Below, piece after piece: positions 28,796 through 38,709 of a stretch of DNA of 64,000 nt. Under the pieces are notes generated by a model. That model was given only the letters and a program-made list of their open reading frames with translations. It had not been told where the DNA came from and did no database searches. The translations under genes were made by a program, and so were the position numbers. This DNA comes from an uncultured Desulfobacter sp. Lineage in GTDB: Bacteria > Desulfobacterota > Desulfobacteria > Desulfobacterales > Desulfobacteraceae. Each line of letters begins with the position of its first letter. Positions within the stretch are counted from its first letter, which is position 1. The DNA lies in the NCBI GenBank assembly GCA_963665095.1, contig OY762069.1, positions 736,001 to 800,000 on the forward strand, given 5' to 3'.

Positions 28796-29077
28796 TCAGG
28801 AATTAATCATGTCCCGCAGTTTTCCTGAACATTTGAAAGTGACCACCCGTCTGGCCGGAAGCGTCATATCCTCATCCGTTGCCGGATTCCGTCCTTTTCT
28901 TGATTTTTTTTCGTTAACACAGAACTTGCCAAATCCACTGATCATGATATCTTCACCATTTTCCATGGTCTGTTTTATAATCTCAAGAAATTCTTCCATG
29001 ACTTCATAGGCTGCGGTTCTTGACAGGTTCAATTCGGTTTGTATTTTTTCTGCAATAACAGTTTTGGTCAGTGCCAT
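28796..29077 (-). CDS. ihfA: Integration host factor alpha-like subunit
   Basis: ISGFGKF, RKGRNPAT, ARRVVTFK. Confidence 0.85.
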   Translation of the reverse strand: MALTKTVIAEKIQTELNLSRTAAYEVMEEFLEIIKQTMENGEDIMISGFGKFCVNEKKSRKGRNPATDEDMTLPARRVVTFKCSGKLRDMINS

Positions 29078-29474
29078 AACAACTATCTACTCCTGAGACA
29101 CACAATTGCGTTTTTCATATTAATTAATAGCGACTTTGGGTAAGCGCAGTGGCTGCCCCGCCCACAACAAAACATGAAAAGATTTAAACGGGTTATAAAT
29201 CCTTTCAAATAAAAAGCAAGTTCGTAAAATACTTTAAATTTACTGGAGCTGTCAAGCGCAAGGTCAATGGATTGCAGATTTTATTCAAGCTAACGCATAA
29301 AAGCTGTTGAATATTTCATTGTTTGACGGTTTAAATATCTGTTTCTAATTGTTTATTATCTCATAGTTTGATATTGATAGTAATAATTAAACAAGCTTTT
29401 TTTCTAAAGCAGGGATACTTTAACCTCAGATTATCAAACCTTACGACAACTGGTTTTATTCATATGGAGAACGC

Positions 29475-30863
29475 ATGACTACAGTTTCATCTATTACACC
29501 CATAGATGGGCGTTATGCCCGTCTTACCAATGATCTTGCAAAGATTTTCAGTGAGTCCGGACTTATCTATCACCGCATTCAGGTTGAACTTGAGTGGCTT
29601 AAATTTCTTATAAACGATTTAAAGGTTCATGAAGCAGTGAGCAGCGGCCTGACTCCGGATTTGTCCTGTCTGGATACCTTTTTAAACGATTTTTCAGAAG
29701 ACCAGGCGCTTCGGGTCAAAGAGATAGAGTCCACGACCAACCATGACGTCAAGGCTGTGGAGTATTTTATTAAAGAAAAACTTGATGAACAAGGGCTTGG
29801 TGTCATCCGTGAATGGGTTCATTTTGCCTGTACTTCTGAAGATATCAATAATACCGCCTACGGTCTGATGATCAAAAAGGGCCGCGACCTGGTGGTAGAC
29901 CTGTTGACAACCTTTGTGGACGAGATAGAAAAAAAAGCCCTGGCTTTTAAAAGTGTACCAATGATGTCACGAACCCATGGGCAGCCTGCTACGCCTACTA
30001 CCATAGGGAAAGAGTTCATCAATTTTGCCTGGCGGCTGAACCAGGAGATTCAGATTCTTAAGACTACCGGTATTAAGGCGAAGATCAATGGGGCGACAGG
30101 AAATTACAATGCCCATTTATTTGCTTTTCCTGATATTGACTGGATTTCAGCCTCTGACCGGTTTATCCGTAATCACCTGGACCTGGAACCCATTCTATTC
30201 ACTACTCAGATAAACCCCAATACCGCATTGTCTCAAATCCTTCATTCACTGGTGCGCGCGGCAGCTGTGATGATTGATTTCAATCGGGATATGTGGGGAT
30301 ATATCAGCCTTGGGTATTTCAAACAGCGGGTGAAAAAAGGGGAGACCGGATCCTCCACCATGCCCCATAAGGTGAATCCCATTGATTTTGAAAACAGTGA
30401 AGGGAATATGGGGCTTGGCATCTCCATGATGGAGCACCTGGCTGTAAAGTTGCAAATATCCCGATTTCAGAGGGATTTAAGTGACAGCACCGTGTTGCGA
30501 AGCCTTGGTACCGTGTTCGGGTATTTCACAATTGGGATGAAAAATGCGTTAAAAGGTCTTTCCAAGGTTGATTTGAATTCGAAAGTACTTGAAATAGACC
30601 TTGAGGATAACCAGGAGCTTTTAGCTGAGCCCTTTCAGACTGCCATGCGGGTATATGGTGAAGACAATCCCTACGAACGGCTGAAAGACCTGACCCGGGG
30701 CCAAAAAGTTCAGAAACAGGATCTACAGAAATTTGTTGATGGGCTTGAGAAGGTGCCGCTGGATGTTAAAAAACGGATGAGAGACCTTTCCCCGCATACC
30801 TATCTGGGGCTGGCCGAATCCCTTGTGGATACTTATTTTAAAAAAAAGCGAACAGGAGATTAA
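29475..30863 (+). CDS. purB: Adenylosuccinate lyase
   Basis: TNHDVKAVEY, RTHGQPA, GSSTMPHKVNPIDFEN. Confidence 0.95.
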   Translation: MTTVSSITPIDGRYARLTNDLAKIFSESGLIYHRIQVELEWLKFLINDLKVHEAVSSGLTPDLSCLDTFLNDFSEDQALRVKEIESTTNHDVKAVEYFIKEKLDEQGLGVIREWVHFACTSEDINNTAYGLMIKKGRDLVVDLLTTFVDEIEKKALAFKSVPMMSRTHGQPATPTTIGKEFINFAWRLNQEIQILKTTGIKAKINGATGNYNAHLFAFPDIDWISASDRFIRNHLDLEPILFTTQINPNTALSQILHSLVRAAAVMIDFNRDMWGYISLGYFKQRVKKGETGSSTMPHKVNPIDFENSEGNMGLGISMMEHLAVKLQISRFQRDLSDSTVLRSLGTVFGYFTIGMKNALKGLSKVDLNSKVLEIDLEDNQELLAEPFQTAMRVYGEDNPYERLKDLTRGQKVQKQDLQKFVDGLEKVPLDVKKRMRDLSPHTYLGLAESLVDTYFKKKRTGD

Positions 30864-30869
30864 CACGCC

Positions 30870-32441
30870 ATGGAAGGCAATCACGGCAAAGAGGATGATG
30901 ATCTACTATTATTTGCCGGAGAAGAAGATGACATCATTGAGCCGGGTTTTCGGGCCATGCATGATAAATTCCGAGCCTGGAAGATTCTGGTCGTCGACGA
31001 TGAGAAGGCCATCCATGATATCACCCGGCTGGCCCTCCAGGGATTTAATTTCGAGGGACGGGATGTTGACATCTTAAGTGCATACAGCGGCCAGGAAGGT
31101 CGCAAGATCCTGGAGCAGCACGATGATATTGCCATTATTCTGCTGGATGTCGTCATGGAGGAAGAGTACGCCGGGCTGAAACTTGTAGAGTTCATCCGGG
31201 GCACCATGGCCAATAAAACCGTACGTATTGTATTGAGAACGGGTCAACCGGGAACGGCCCCTGAGCACAAGGTGATTTCCGATTATGATATTAATGAATA
31301 CCGGACCAAGCCTGAATTTACCGCCCAGCGGCTGTATACCAGTGTAACCGCCTGTCTCAGAGCTTACGAAAATCTCAAAGCCATCCAGAGAAACCGAGAG
31401 GGACTCGAAGCCATTATCAGATCTACTTCCAGTATTTTTAATGCAGGATCGTTTAAAGCTTTTGCCACAGAAGCGTTGAATCAACTGGAGATGGTGCTCG
31501 ACATTGAGCCGGAAATGGAATTGTACGCCGGCTATTTTATCGGACTGCCTGTGGGGGAAGTGCTGATGATTGCAGGAAGTGGGCAGTTTTGGGACAAAGA
31601 GGGCTCTCCCATTGAAACTGTGCTGCCTCAACAGATTTTAGCAGTATATGAGAAGCTATTTCAGGATGGAGGAGAGCGGTTTGTCGGAGATGATTATATT
31701 GGGGTTTTTAGGACCAAAGACGGGTTTACCAGTACACTTTATCTGGGCAACGCAGGCTGGCTGAATGCCGAAGAGCAATATCTGTTAAGAGTATTTGCCA
31801 GTACGGTTTCCATAGGTTTTGACAATATCAGTCTGTCCCAGGAAATTATCAATACCCAGAAAGAGGTGGTCCATATACTGGGAGAAGTTGTGGAAACCCG
31901 GTCCCAGGAGACAGCCCATCATGTTACCCGGGTGGCTGAAGTGTGTTATATCCTGGCAAAAAAATGCGGGATGGACGATGAAGAGGCGGAACTTTTACGG
32001 CTGGCCTCTCCCATGCATGATGTGGGTAAAATTGGGATACCTGAAGCTATTTTAAATAAACCGGGCAAGCTCACGAAGCAGGAATTTGAGATGATGAAAA
32101 ACCATGCCCGGATCGGATGGGAGATTTTGCATAAATCTGACCGCCCGATTATGAAAAGTGCCGCCATAACAGCGTTACAGCACCACGAACGCTGGGACGG
32201 AAAAGGATATCCCCAAGGTCTTGCAGGTGAGAATATTCATATCTATGGTAGAATCGCGGCCATTGCTGATGTGTTTGATGCCTTAAGTCACAGCCGCTGT
32301 TATAAAGACGCCTGGCCCAGGGAAAAAATTATCGAAATTTTTAAAAAGGATGCCGGGTCTCACTTTGATCCCAACCTTGCCGAGCTATTCTTAGTCCATC
32401 TCGATGAGTTTTACGAAGTGAACTTCCGCTTCCCTGAATAA
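30870..32441 (+). CDS. REC-DUF3369-HD-GYP c-di-GMP phosphodiesterase
   Basis: VVDDE/LLDVVME receiver, RTGQPG, HDVGKIG, HHERWDGKGYP. Confidence 0.9.
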   Translation: MEGNHGKEDDDLLLFAGEEDDIIEPGFRAMHDKFRAWKILVVDDEKAIHDITRLALQGFNFEGRDVDILSAYSGQEGRKILEQHDDIAIILLDVVMEEEYAGLKLVEFIRGTMANKTVRIVLRTGQPGTAPEHKVISDYDINEYRTKPEFTAQRLYTSVTACLRAYENLKAIQRNREGLEAIIRSTSSIFNAGSFKAFATEALNQLEMVLDIEPEMELYAGYFIGLPVGEVLMIAGSGQFWDKEGSPIETVLPQQILAVYEKLFQDGGERFVGDDYIGVFRTKDGFTSTLYLGNAGWLNAEEQYLLRVFASTVSIGFDNISLSQEIINTQKEVVHILGEVVETRSQETAHHVTRVAEVCYILAKKCGMDDEEAELLRLASPMHDVGKIGIPEAILNKPGKLTKQEFEMMKNHARIGWEILHKSDRPIMKSAAITALQHHERWDGKGYPQGLAGENIHIYGRIAAIADVFDALSHSRCYKDAWPREKIIEIFKKDAGSHFDPNLAELFLVHLDEFYEVNFRFPE

Positions 32442-32532
32442 CCTACTAACAGTTAACAGTCATTTCTTTAATACTGAAAAAATTTGTTACGAAGCGTTTT
32501 TTTGAGGAGCGAAAGGCCGTTCAAACAATTGT

Positions 32533-32697
32533 TAAGGACCGCAGATGAAATAAAGTGGGCTAAATTGCGCCGAACTTTGGCTTATATACAAGGCGTATTA
32601 AAGGTCTAATAGCAGGCCTATTCGGCCATTAATGCAACGAAGTAGATGAGCCAAAGGGCAAGTAATTTTGTTCACTTTATAAAATTTGTGGTCCTAA
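32533..32697 (+). mobile_element. 159-bp palindromic MITE-like element with TAA direct repeats
   Basis: TAA|GGACCGCAGAT...ATTTGTGGTCC|TAA; folds end to end into one rod. Confidence 0.7.
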
Positions 32698-32993
32698 GAG
32701 ATTGCTGGGGACTGTTTGGCGTTAAAACTTGAAATATACCAGGGTGCAGATTTATATTTAAGACGGTTCAACCCTTTGGTTTCAAGAGCGTTAACAGCAA
32801 GCGAAAAGGTGTGGTAATCAATGTCAATATCTTCCCAACCCAAATATTTAAGACGTTTGCGGGCCTGGCAGTACGACATATTCGGATTGACCAGGAAGGC
32901 ATTGGCAAGGCTGCGGATAAATCCGGGAATCAATGCAGGATCAACCCCGTTTTCCATCAGTTTTTTTACCAGTTTCTGATCAATAATTGTCAT
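32694..32993 (-). CDS. Hypothetical protein
   Basis: About 99 aa ORF (IPGFIRSLAN...LKYLGW); start uncertain (32993 or 33071). Confidence 0.65.
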   Translation of the reverse strand: MTIIDQKLVKKLMENGVDPALIPGFIRSLANAFLVNPNMSYCQARKRLKYLGWEDIDIDYHTFSLAVNALETKGLNRLKYKSAPWYISSFNAKQSPAIS

Positions 32994-33381
32994 ATATTTG
33001 CCGTTAAATACCCTGTTGTTAATGTGATTGATTATAACCCTGAATAGGTGTTTAATTTTCACATCTATCAATCCAATTAGAACCCACGATAGTTTAGAAA
33101 GATATCCAAGTCAAACCGGATGAGTCATAATTAAGAAATTTTTTTGTAATTTTGTTTCCGAAATTCAATAGTTCCACGGATTGATAAAATTATGAAATAA
33201 AATTTCCGTTCATTTCCATCGTATTCTTTTGATATTCTTCCGTTATGGTATAAAACCTCTCTTTTTCTTCGTGGAATACTTTATTGGTCAAGTTTCGCTT
33301 TCTTTATGATTTTGGTGATGTTAATTTATTAAAAAGTTTAATAAGGTTTAGAAAGAAGAATTAAGTAGCAGGCGATTTATT

Positions 33382-33954
33382 ATGGTAGATACATTTTCTG
33401 ACAAACAGGGGCAGGCTCTTTTAAAAATGGCGCGTTGCAGTATTGCACAAAAGCTCGGACTTGTCTGGGATGACTTTCAAACGGATGAAAGCCAGGCTTT
33501 TCTTGAAAAGAAGCGTGGCCTGTTTGTGACGCTCCATAAACATGGGGATTTAAGAGGGTGTATTGGTATTATTGAACCGATTCAGTCCCTGAAAAAGGGT
33601 ATATGGGAAACGGCCAGGCTTGCTGCTTTCAAAGACACACGATTTTCACCGCTTATTCCCAGTGAATTTCAGCAGATTGATATAGAAGTCAGTCTGTTGT
33701 CAGTCCCTGAGAAATTGGAATATGGCAGCTCGCAGGATTTACTCCAGCGTCTCAAACCTTTCAGGGATGGCGTGATTCTAGAGAAGGGATATGCCAGAGC
33801 AACCTTTCTGCCACAGGTCTGGGCGCAGCTTCCCGATCCGTCATCTTTTCTGGAACGACTGTCCATGAAAGCCGGACTTGATGCTGATGAGTGGGCAAAA
33901 GGGGAGATCACCGTTTATACCTACGGGGTCCAGGTCTTTAGTGAAAAGACATGA
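33382..33954 (+). CDS. amrA: AMMECR1 domain protein (AmmeMemoRadiSam protein A)
   Basis: GLFVTL, LRGCIG, AAFKDTRF, ATFLPQVW. Confidence 0.9.
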   Translation: MVDTFSDKQGQALLKMARCSIAQKLGLVWDDFQTDESQAFLEKKRGLFVTLHKHGDLRGCIGIIEPIQSLKKGIWETARLAAFKDTRFSPLIPSEFQQIDIEVSLLSVPEKLEYGSSQDLLQRLKPFRDGVILEKGYARATFLPQVWAQLPDPSSFLERLSMKAGLDADEWAKGEITVYTYGVQVFSEKT

Positions 33955-34038
33955 ACCCCCAATGCTGGGCATCATACTGACTGTCTGCAGGTCAATGACT
34001 TATCAGAAAACACCGAATATCAGGATATACATAAAGTT

Positions 34039-34305
34039 ATGGGGGTAGATCAGCAATTACTGGAAATCATCTTGTCCATTAAAAACAAGGACGATCTTAA
34101 ACATTTCTTTGAAGAGATTTTTACCCCGGCGGAACTTGCCGATCTGACTTTGCGCTGGAAGTTATTAAAGGATCTGCATGGGGGGATGACCCAGCGCAAG
34201 ATAGCTGAGAAATACAGTATCAGCCTGTGCAAAATTACAAGAGGCTCAAAGGTTCTCAAAAAGGAGGGCTCAGTGACCCTCAAGTTGTTGGGCACACTTA
34301 AATAG
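34039..34305 (+). CDS. trpR: Trp repressor family protein
   Basis: FTPAE...RW...TQRKIA...SLCKITRGS. Confidence 0.8.
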   Translation: MGVDQQLLEIILSIKNKDDLKHFFEEIFTPAELADLTLRWKLLKDLHGGMTQRKIAEKYSISLCKITRGSKVLKKEGSVTLKLLGTLK

Positions 34306-34386
34306 TGCCTGAACGAAAACCCCTTGTTTGGTGTTTGAACGGCTCGAAGAGGAGCTTCAGCTCCTCTTCGAGCCGTTCAAACACTA
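34303..34386. repeat. 84-bp element with terminal inverted repeats and a perfect 25-bp hairpin
   Basis: TAGTGCCTGAACG...CGTTCAAACACTA (11/13); perfect stem 34331-34355/34360-34384. Confidence 0.75.
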
Positions 34387-34992
34387 AATAACAAGTAATT
34401 CCAGGGCAAGCTTTGACCATAGCTCCAGGTTCAGCTGTGCAATATTTTTAGTGGGGTGCCAGGTAAAACTGTGAAGTTCAGGGCCCGGCACATAGCTTTT
34501 GGCGGAGCCTGTTATTATTTTGAAAACAGCACCCAGATGAACGCATCCCACAGGGGTGATATCCTCGCTGATGATTCCTGCAAATTCAATGGGATCTGAC
34601 AGGGGGCGGCTGACAAGTTCTTCATCCAGTTCTCTGCTCATGCCGTTTTTTAAAATTTTTTGAAAATCGTCTGTATCTGATATTTTATCTTCAGGATTGA
34701 TGTGTCCGCCAATGCCTATGGACCAGAGATCATGAAGTCGTTTTTCACTTCCCTGTCTGTTGTAGGCGGCTGTCATGCTGCCATCCACTGTCTGAACCAG
34801 GATATAGGGAATAATCTGTTTTTTTTTATTGTCTTTCTCTGCCCTGGACCGATTTATAAAATGAAATCCGCTTTGGGTGCACGTGGCTGTGAAGGTGGAA
34901 AAATTCATGGGAAGAACGGTCCTTTGAGACACCCATTCCGGGGGGAGTGCGTTACGGTCAATGCATAGTACCTGCTCTTTATTTGCGGACAT
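34384..34992 (-). CDS. NUDIX-like phosphoesterase (YmaB-like)
   Basis: KQIIPY, EKRLH..SIGIGGHIN, RELDEE, VG.VHLG, LELWS. Confidence 0.85.
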   Translation of the reverse strand: MSANKEQVLCIDRNALPPEWVSQRTVLPMNFSTFTATCTQSGFHFINRSRAEKDNKKKQIIPYILVQTVDGSMTAAYNRQGSEKRLHDLWSIGIGGHINPEDKISDTDDFQKILKNGMSRELDEELVSRPLSDPIEFAGIISEDITPVGCVHLGAVFKIITGSAKSYVPGPELHSFTWHPTKNIAQLNLELWSKLALELLVI

Positions 34993-35218
34993 TTGTCTAT
35001 TCCTTCTTTTTTTGTACAGCCGTTTTTTATTTCCGTTATAGTACTTGTTAAGATTATCAGCAGATTAAACCGGAGTAGTTTGTGTCTGCCCGTAACCAAG
35101 CAGCACCGGTTGTATCATAATTATCATTAAAGGCATACCATCTGCAGTTTCCATGGCCTTTTTTTCATGCGTGTGGTATGGGAATGCAGTATTGTAAAGC
35201 GATATAAGGAGAATTAAG

Positions 35219-36193
35219 ATGCGCTATTTCAGTAAAAAAGATATTTTAACGGTTGATCTGTCAGTGGTCCTTGATGCAATCTCCAACGCCTATGAGCTGG
35301 TGCTTGATGAGAAATATAATATGCCAGACAGAAGTCATGTTCAGGATAAAGACAATACCCTGTTGCTGATGCCCTGTTTTGCCGGTGGCTATTTTGCCAC
35401 CAAGCTGGTGTCTGTTTTTCCCGATGCCCCTAAAAAAGGGGCTCCGGCAGTTAACGGCATCATGACCCTGGCCGATAATGACACAGGTATGCCGTTGGCT
35501 GTCATGGACGGTGCCGCCTTGACTGCCCTTCGCACAGGCGCTGTAGGGGGGCTTGCCGTAAAATTTTTAACCCGGGAAAATATCGAAACTGCAGGCCTTA
35601 TCGGGGCAGGGGTCCAGGGGATGTCCCAGGTGAGATATCTGCTGCATAGCCGGAAGGTGAAACAGTTGAAGATTTTCGACCATTATCCGGAAGCAGCCCG
35701 GTCCATGGCTGAAGCTCTTGGAAAGAGCTACGGGGATGTTGAGTTCACGGTGGCAGATACAGCTGACAGCTTGGTCGCGTCCAGCGAACTGGTCATTGCC
35801 ACCACCACCAGCAAAACCCCTTTATTCAGCAATGACCCGGATCTGGTAAAGGGGAAAACGTTTATTTCCATCGGTTCCTTTCGTCCCGACATGAAGGAGT
35901 TCCCAGATGCGGTTGTTGAAACTGCAGACCGGATTTTTGTCGACACTCCTTTTGCAGCGAGGGAATCCGGTGATTTAAGCCAGCCTCTGGAGCGGGGAGT
36001 TATCAAAAAGGAGAATATCCTCTCCTTTGCACATCTGGTCCGCCAGCCTCTGACGGCGCCCCGGTTGACAGATTCGGCCTATTGCACCCTGTTTTTTAAA
36101 TCTGTTGGCATGGCTTTGTTCGATCTGACTGTGGCAATTGCTGTTTATGAACTGGCAGAAAAACAGAATCTGGGCATTACACTGGATTTTTAA
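35219..36193 (+). CDS. Ornithine cyclodeaminase/mu-crystallin family protein
   Basis: KLVSVFP, LTALRTGA, GAGVQG, FKSVGMALFD. Confidence 0.9.
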   Translation: MRYFSKKDILTVDLSVVLDAISNAYELVLDEKYNMPDRSHVQDKDNTLLLMPCFAGGYFATKLVSVFPDAPKKGAPAVNGIMTLADNDTGMPLAVMDGAALTALRTGAVGGLAVKFLTRENIETAGLIGAGVQGMSQVRYLLHSRKVKQLKIFDHYPEAARSMAEALGKSYGDVEFTVADTADSLVASSELVIATTTSKTPLFSNDPDLVKGKTFISIGSFRPDMKEFPDAVVETADRIFVDTPFAARESGDLSQPLERGVIKKENILSFAHLVRQPLTAPRLTDSAYCTLFFKSVGMALFDLTVAIAVYELAEKQNLGITLDF

Positions 36194-36219
36194 AAGAAGT
36201 TGCACAAGGGATAAAAAAA

Positions 36220-36294
36220 TGGAGCGGGAAACGGGATTTGAACCCGCGACTTCGACCTTGGCAAGGTCGCACTCTACCACTGAGTTATTCCCGC
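36220..36294 (-). tRNA. tRNA-Gly(GCC)
   Basis: GCGGGAATAACTCAGTGGTAGAGTGCGACCTTGCCAAGGTCG...GTTCAAATCCCGTTTCCCGCTCCA. Confidence 0.96.
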
Positions 36295-36382
36295 TCAGCA
36301 AAAGTGGCACTACTTTTATTAAAAAAGACAAACCTTGTCAAGCAAAGAATAGACGGTTGAACACAAAATTTTTGGCAAACAA

Positions 36383-37393
36383 ATGGTAACTGAAAAAATA
36401 AACTTGGGCAGAACACTGGTTACAGGCGGCGGCGGTTTTCTGGGAAAGACGGTTGTAAAAAAACTTGTTGCCAAAGGTATCGAGGTTTTTTCCTTTTCCC
36501 GTAGCCGATATCCTGAACTGGACCGCCTTGGTGTCACCCAAATTCAGGGGGATTTGGCTGACGCGCAAACTGTGACAGACGCTTTCAAGGGAATGGATAC
36601 CGTGTTTCATACGGCAGCAAAACCTGGTATCTGGGGGACCTGGGAAGAATATTTTAAGGTCAATGTCACAGGTACAGTTCATGTCATTGAGGCCTGCCGG
36701 GAACACCAGGTCAAACAGCTGATTCACACAAGTTCTCCTTCGGTGGTGTTCGATGATAAGGACATGCATGGTGCCAATGAGTCTGTTCCCTATCCCGCCA
36801 AATACCTGGCACCCTATCCGGAAACCAAAGCCATGGCGGAAAAAGAGGTGATCAAGGCTGTCCGGTCCGGCCTTTGCGCGGTTATATTAAGGCCCCATCT
36901 GATCTGGGGACCGGAAGACAATCACCTGGTACCGGGAATTATCAGCCGGGCGTCCCGGCTTAAGGTCATCGGACCAGACACGGATCTGGTGGATACCATC
37001 TATGTGGATAATGCTGCAGACGCTCATATTCTGGCTGCAGAAAAACTGGTTATGAATCCTGATCTTTCAGGAAATGTTTATTTTATCAGCCAGGATGAGC
37101 CCATGTCAAAATGGACCCTTGCCAATGCCTTTCTGGCAGCCGCAGGCCTGCCTCCCATCAAGGGCCGGGTGTCAGCACGGACAGCCTATGCTGCCGGCTG
37201 GTTGTTTGAATTTATTTACCGCACCTTTGGCATCCGGAAAGATCCGCCCATGACCCGGTTTGCAGCTAAGGAGCTTGCCACTTCCCACTGGTTTGATATC
37301 AGCCGGGCGAAAAAGGACTTGGGCTATGTGCCTCGCATATCCACCACTGAAGGGTTAAGGCGTCTTGAGGCATGGCTGTCGGGCAGAAAATAA
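36383..37393 (+). CDS. NAD-dependent epimerase/3-beta-HSD family, OleD-like
   Basis: TGGGGFLG, TSSPSVV, YPETK, LRPHLIWGP, VDTIYVDNAA. Confidence 0.85.
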   Translation: MVTEKINLGRTLVTGGGGFLGKTVVKKLVAKGIEVFSFSRSRYPELDRLGVTQIQGDLADAQTVTDAFKGMDTVFHTAAKPGIWGTWEEYFKVNVTGTVHVIEACREHQVKQLIHTSSPSVVFDDKDMHGANESVPYPAKYLAPYPETKAMAEKEVIKAVRSGLCAVILRPHLIWGPEDNHLVPGIISRASRLKVIGPDTDLVDTIYVDNAADAHILAAEKLVMNPDLSGNVYFISQDEPMSKWTLANAFLAAAGLPPIKGRVSARTAYAAGWLFEFIYRTFGIRKDPPMTRFAAKELATSHWFDISRAKKDLGYVPRISTTEGLRRLEAWLSGRK

Positions 37394-38661
37394 AAAATTT
37401 TATAGGTTCACCATCCCAGTTGAGGGAGAAAGCGCTCAGGGTACTTTATCGTGCTGCAAAGGGGTATCAACGTGATTCCTGCGCATTGCGGGCTTCGGCA
37501 TTGAGCATGTATACCCTTTTCAGTGTGGTGCCCGTCATGGCCATGGCATTCGGTATTGCTAAGGGATTCGGGTTCCAGCAGTTTCTTGAGGCCGAAATTC
37601 TGTCACTGTTTAAAGGCCGGGAGGAGATCGCCCAGAGCATGCTTGTTTTTACCAACAACCTGCTTGAAAAAACCCAGGGCGGCCTGATGGCGGTGCTCGG
37701 CGTGATTCTGCTGTTATATTCCCTGATCAAACTGATGTTTCATATTGAGGGAACCTTTAACCGGATATGGTGGGTGAAAGACGGCCGCCCCCTGATCAGA
37801 AAACTGACCGATTATCTGACCATTGCCATTGCCGCAGGATTGTTAGGGGTTTTGTCCGGGGCTGTAAATCTGTTTATGATTCCACATCTGGAGCATTTGT
37901 GGGCTTATCTGGGTGTGCCTGTTGACTTTAACGGCGTCATTTCTATTGTTTTCAGCCTGGCACCCTTTGTGGTAACCTGGGTGCTGTTTATGTTTTTTTA
38001 TGTGATTATGCCCCACAAAAAAGTCAATTTGCAGGCAGCTGCTGTGGGGGCTGTGATGGCCGGTACCCTATTTCAGATCATCCAGACCATTTTTTTAAAA
38101 TTTCAGGTATTTGTTACCGGTTACAATGCTATTTACGGCAGCTTTGCTGCACTGCCCCTGCTTTTAATCTGGCTGCAGATCTCCTGGAGTGTACTGCTTT
38201 ATGGCGCGGAAGTGGCCTTTGAATGGGAAAATACGGATAATGCAAGGACCCCGGACTTGACCCTTGACGCCATGAGTCCGCGTGCCAGAAAACTGGCCAT
38301 GCTGGAAATCGTCAAAGGCTGTGTTCTGCGGTTTGCCGAGAAACAAAAACCTGCAACAGATACTCGGATTGCAAGAGATTTGAATCTGCCGCTGACCATT
38401 GTGCACCACCTTCTGGAAATCCTGATGGATGCCAGAGTGCTGTTTGCGGTGAATATCGGGAATAACACCATCGGCTATACCCCGGCCATGGATATTGAGT
38501 GTCTGAGCATCATGGATGTCCTTGAGGCAGTGGAACACCGGGGCAGTGCAAAAGCATACACCGCGGTAACTTTGTTGACACAGGCGTTGGAAGACAGTCT
38601 GGACCGCTTTGAATCTGCAGCCCGAACAAGTGACGGAGAACGGTTGATAAAAGACCTTTAA
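37372..38661 (+). CDS. YihY/BrkB family membrane protein with C-terminal wHTH
   Basis: ASALS.YTL.S.VP, YNAIYGSFAALP.LL.W, LYGAE. Confidence 0.88.
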   Translation: MAVGQKIKNFIGSPSQLREKALRVLYRAAKGYQRDSCALRASALSMYTLFSVVPVMAMAFGIAKGFGFQQFLEAEILSLFKGREEIAQSMLVFTNNLLEKTQGGLMAVLGVILLLYSLIKLMFHIEGTFNRIWWVKDGRPLIRKLTDYLTIAIAAGLLGVLSGAVNLFMIPHLEHLWAYLGVPVDFNGVISIVFSLAPFVVTWVLFMFFYVIMPHKKVNLQAAAVGAVMAGTLFQIIQTIFLKFQVFVTGYNAIYGSFAALPLLLIWLQISWSVLLYGAEVAFEWENTDNARTPDLTLDAMSPRARKLAMLEIVKGCVLRFAEKQKPATDTRIARDLNLPLTIVHHLLEILMDARVLFAVNIGNNTIGYTPAMDIECLSIMDVLEAVEHRGSAKAYTAVTLLTQALEDSLDRFESAARTSDGERLIKDL

Positions 38662-38709
38662 AGCCCATTGATTAGAATTTATAACGATAGGGAAGTGATG
38701 TTGATGCCA

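Noticed and set aside
35975..36331. 118-aa ORF over tRNA-Gly
   Set aside because: Translation of the tRNA gene and antisense of the cyclodeaminase
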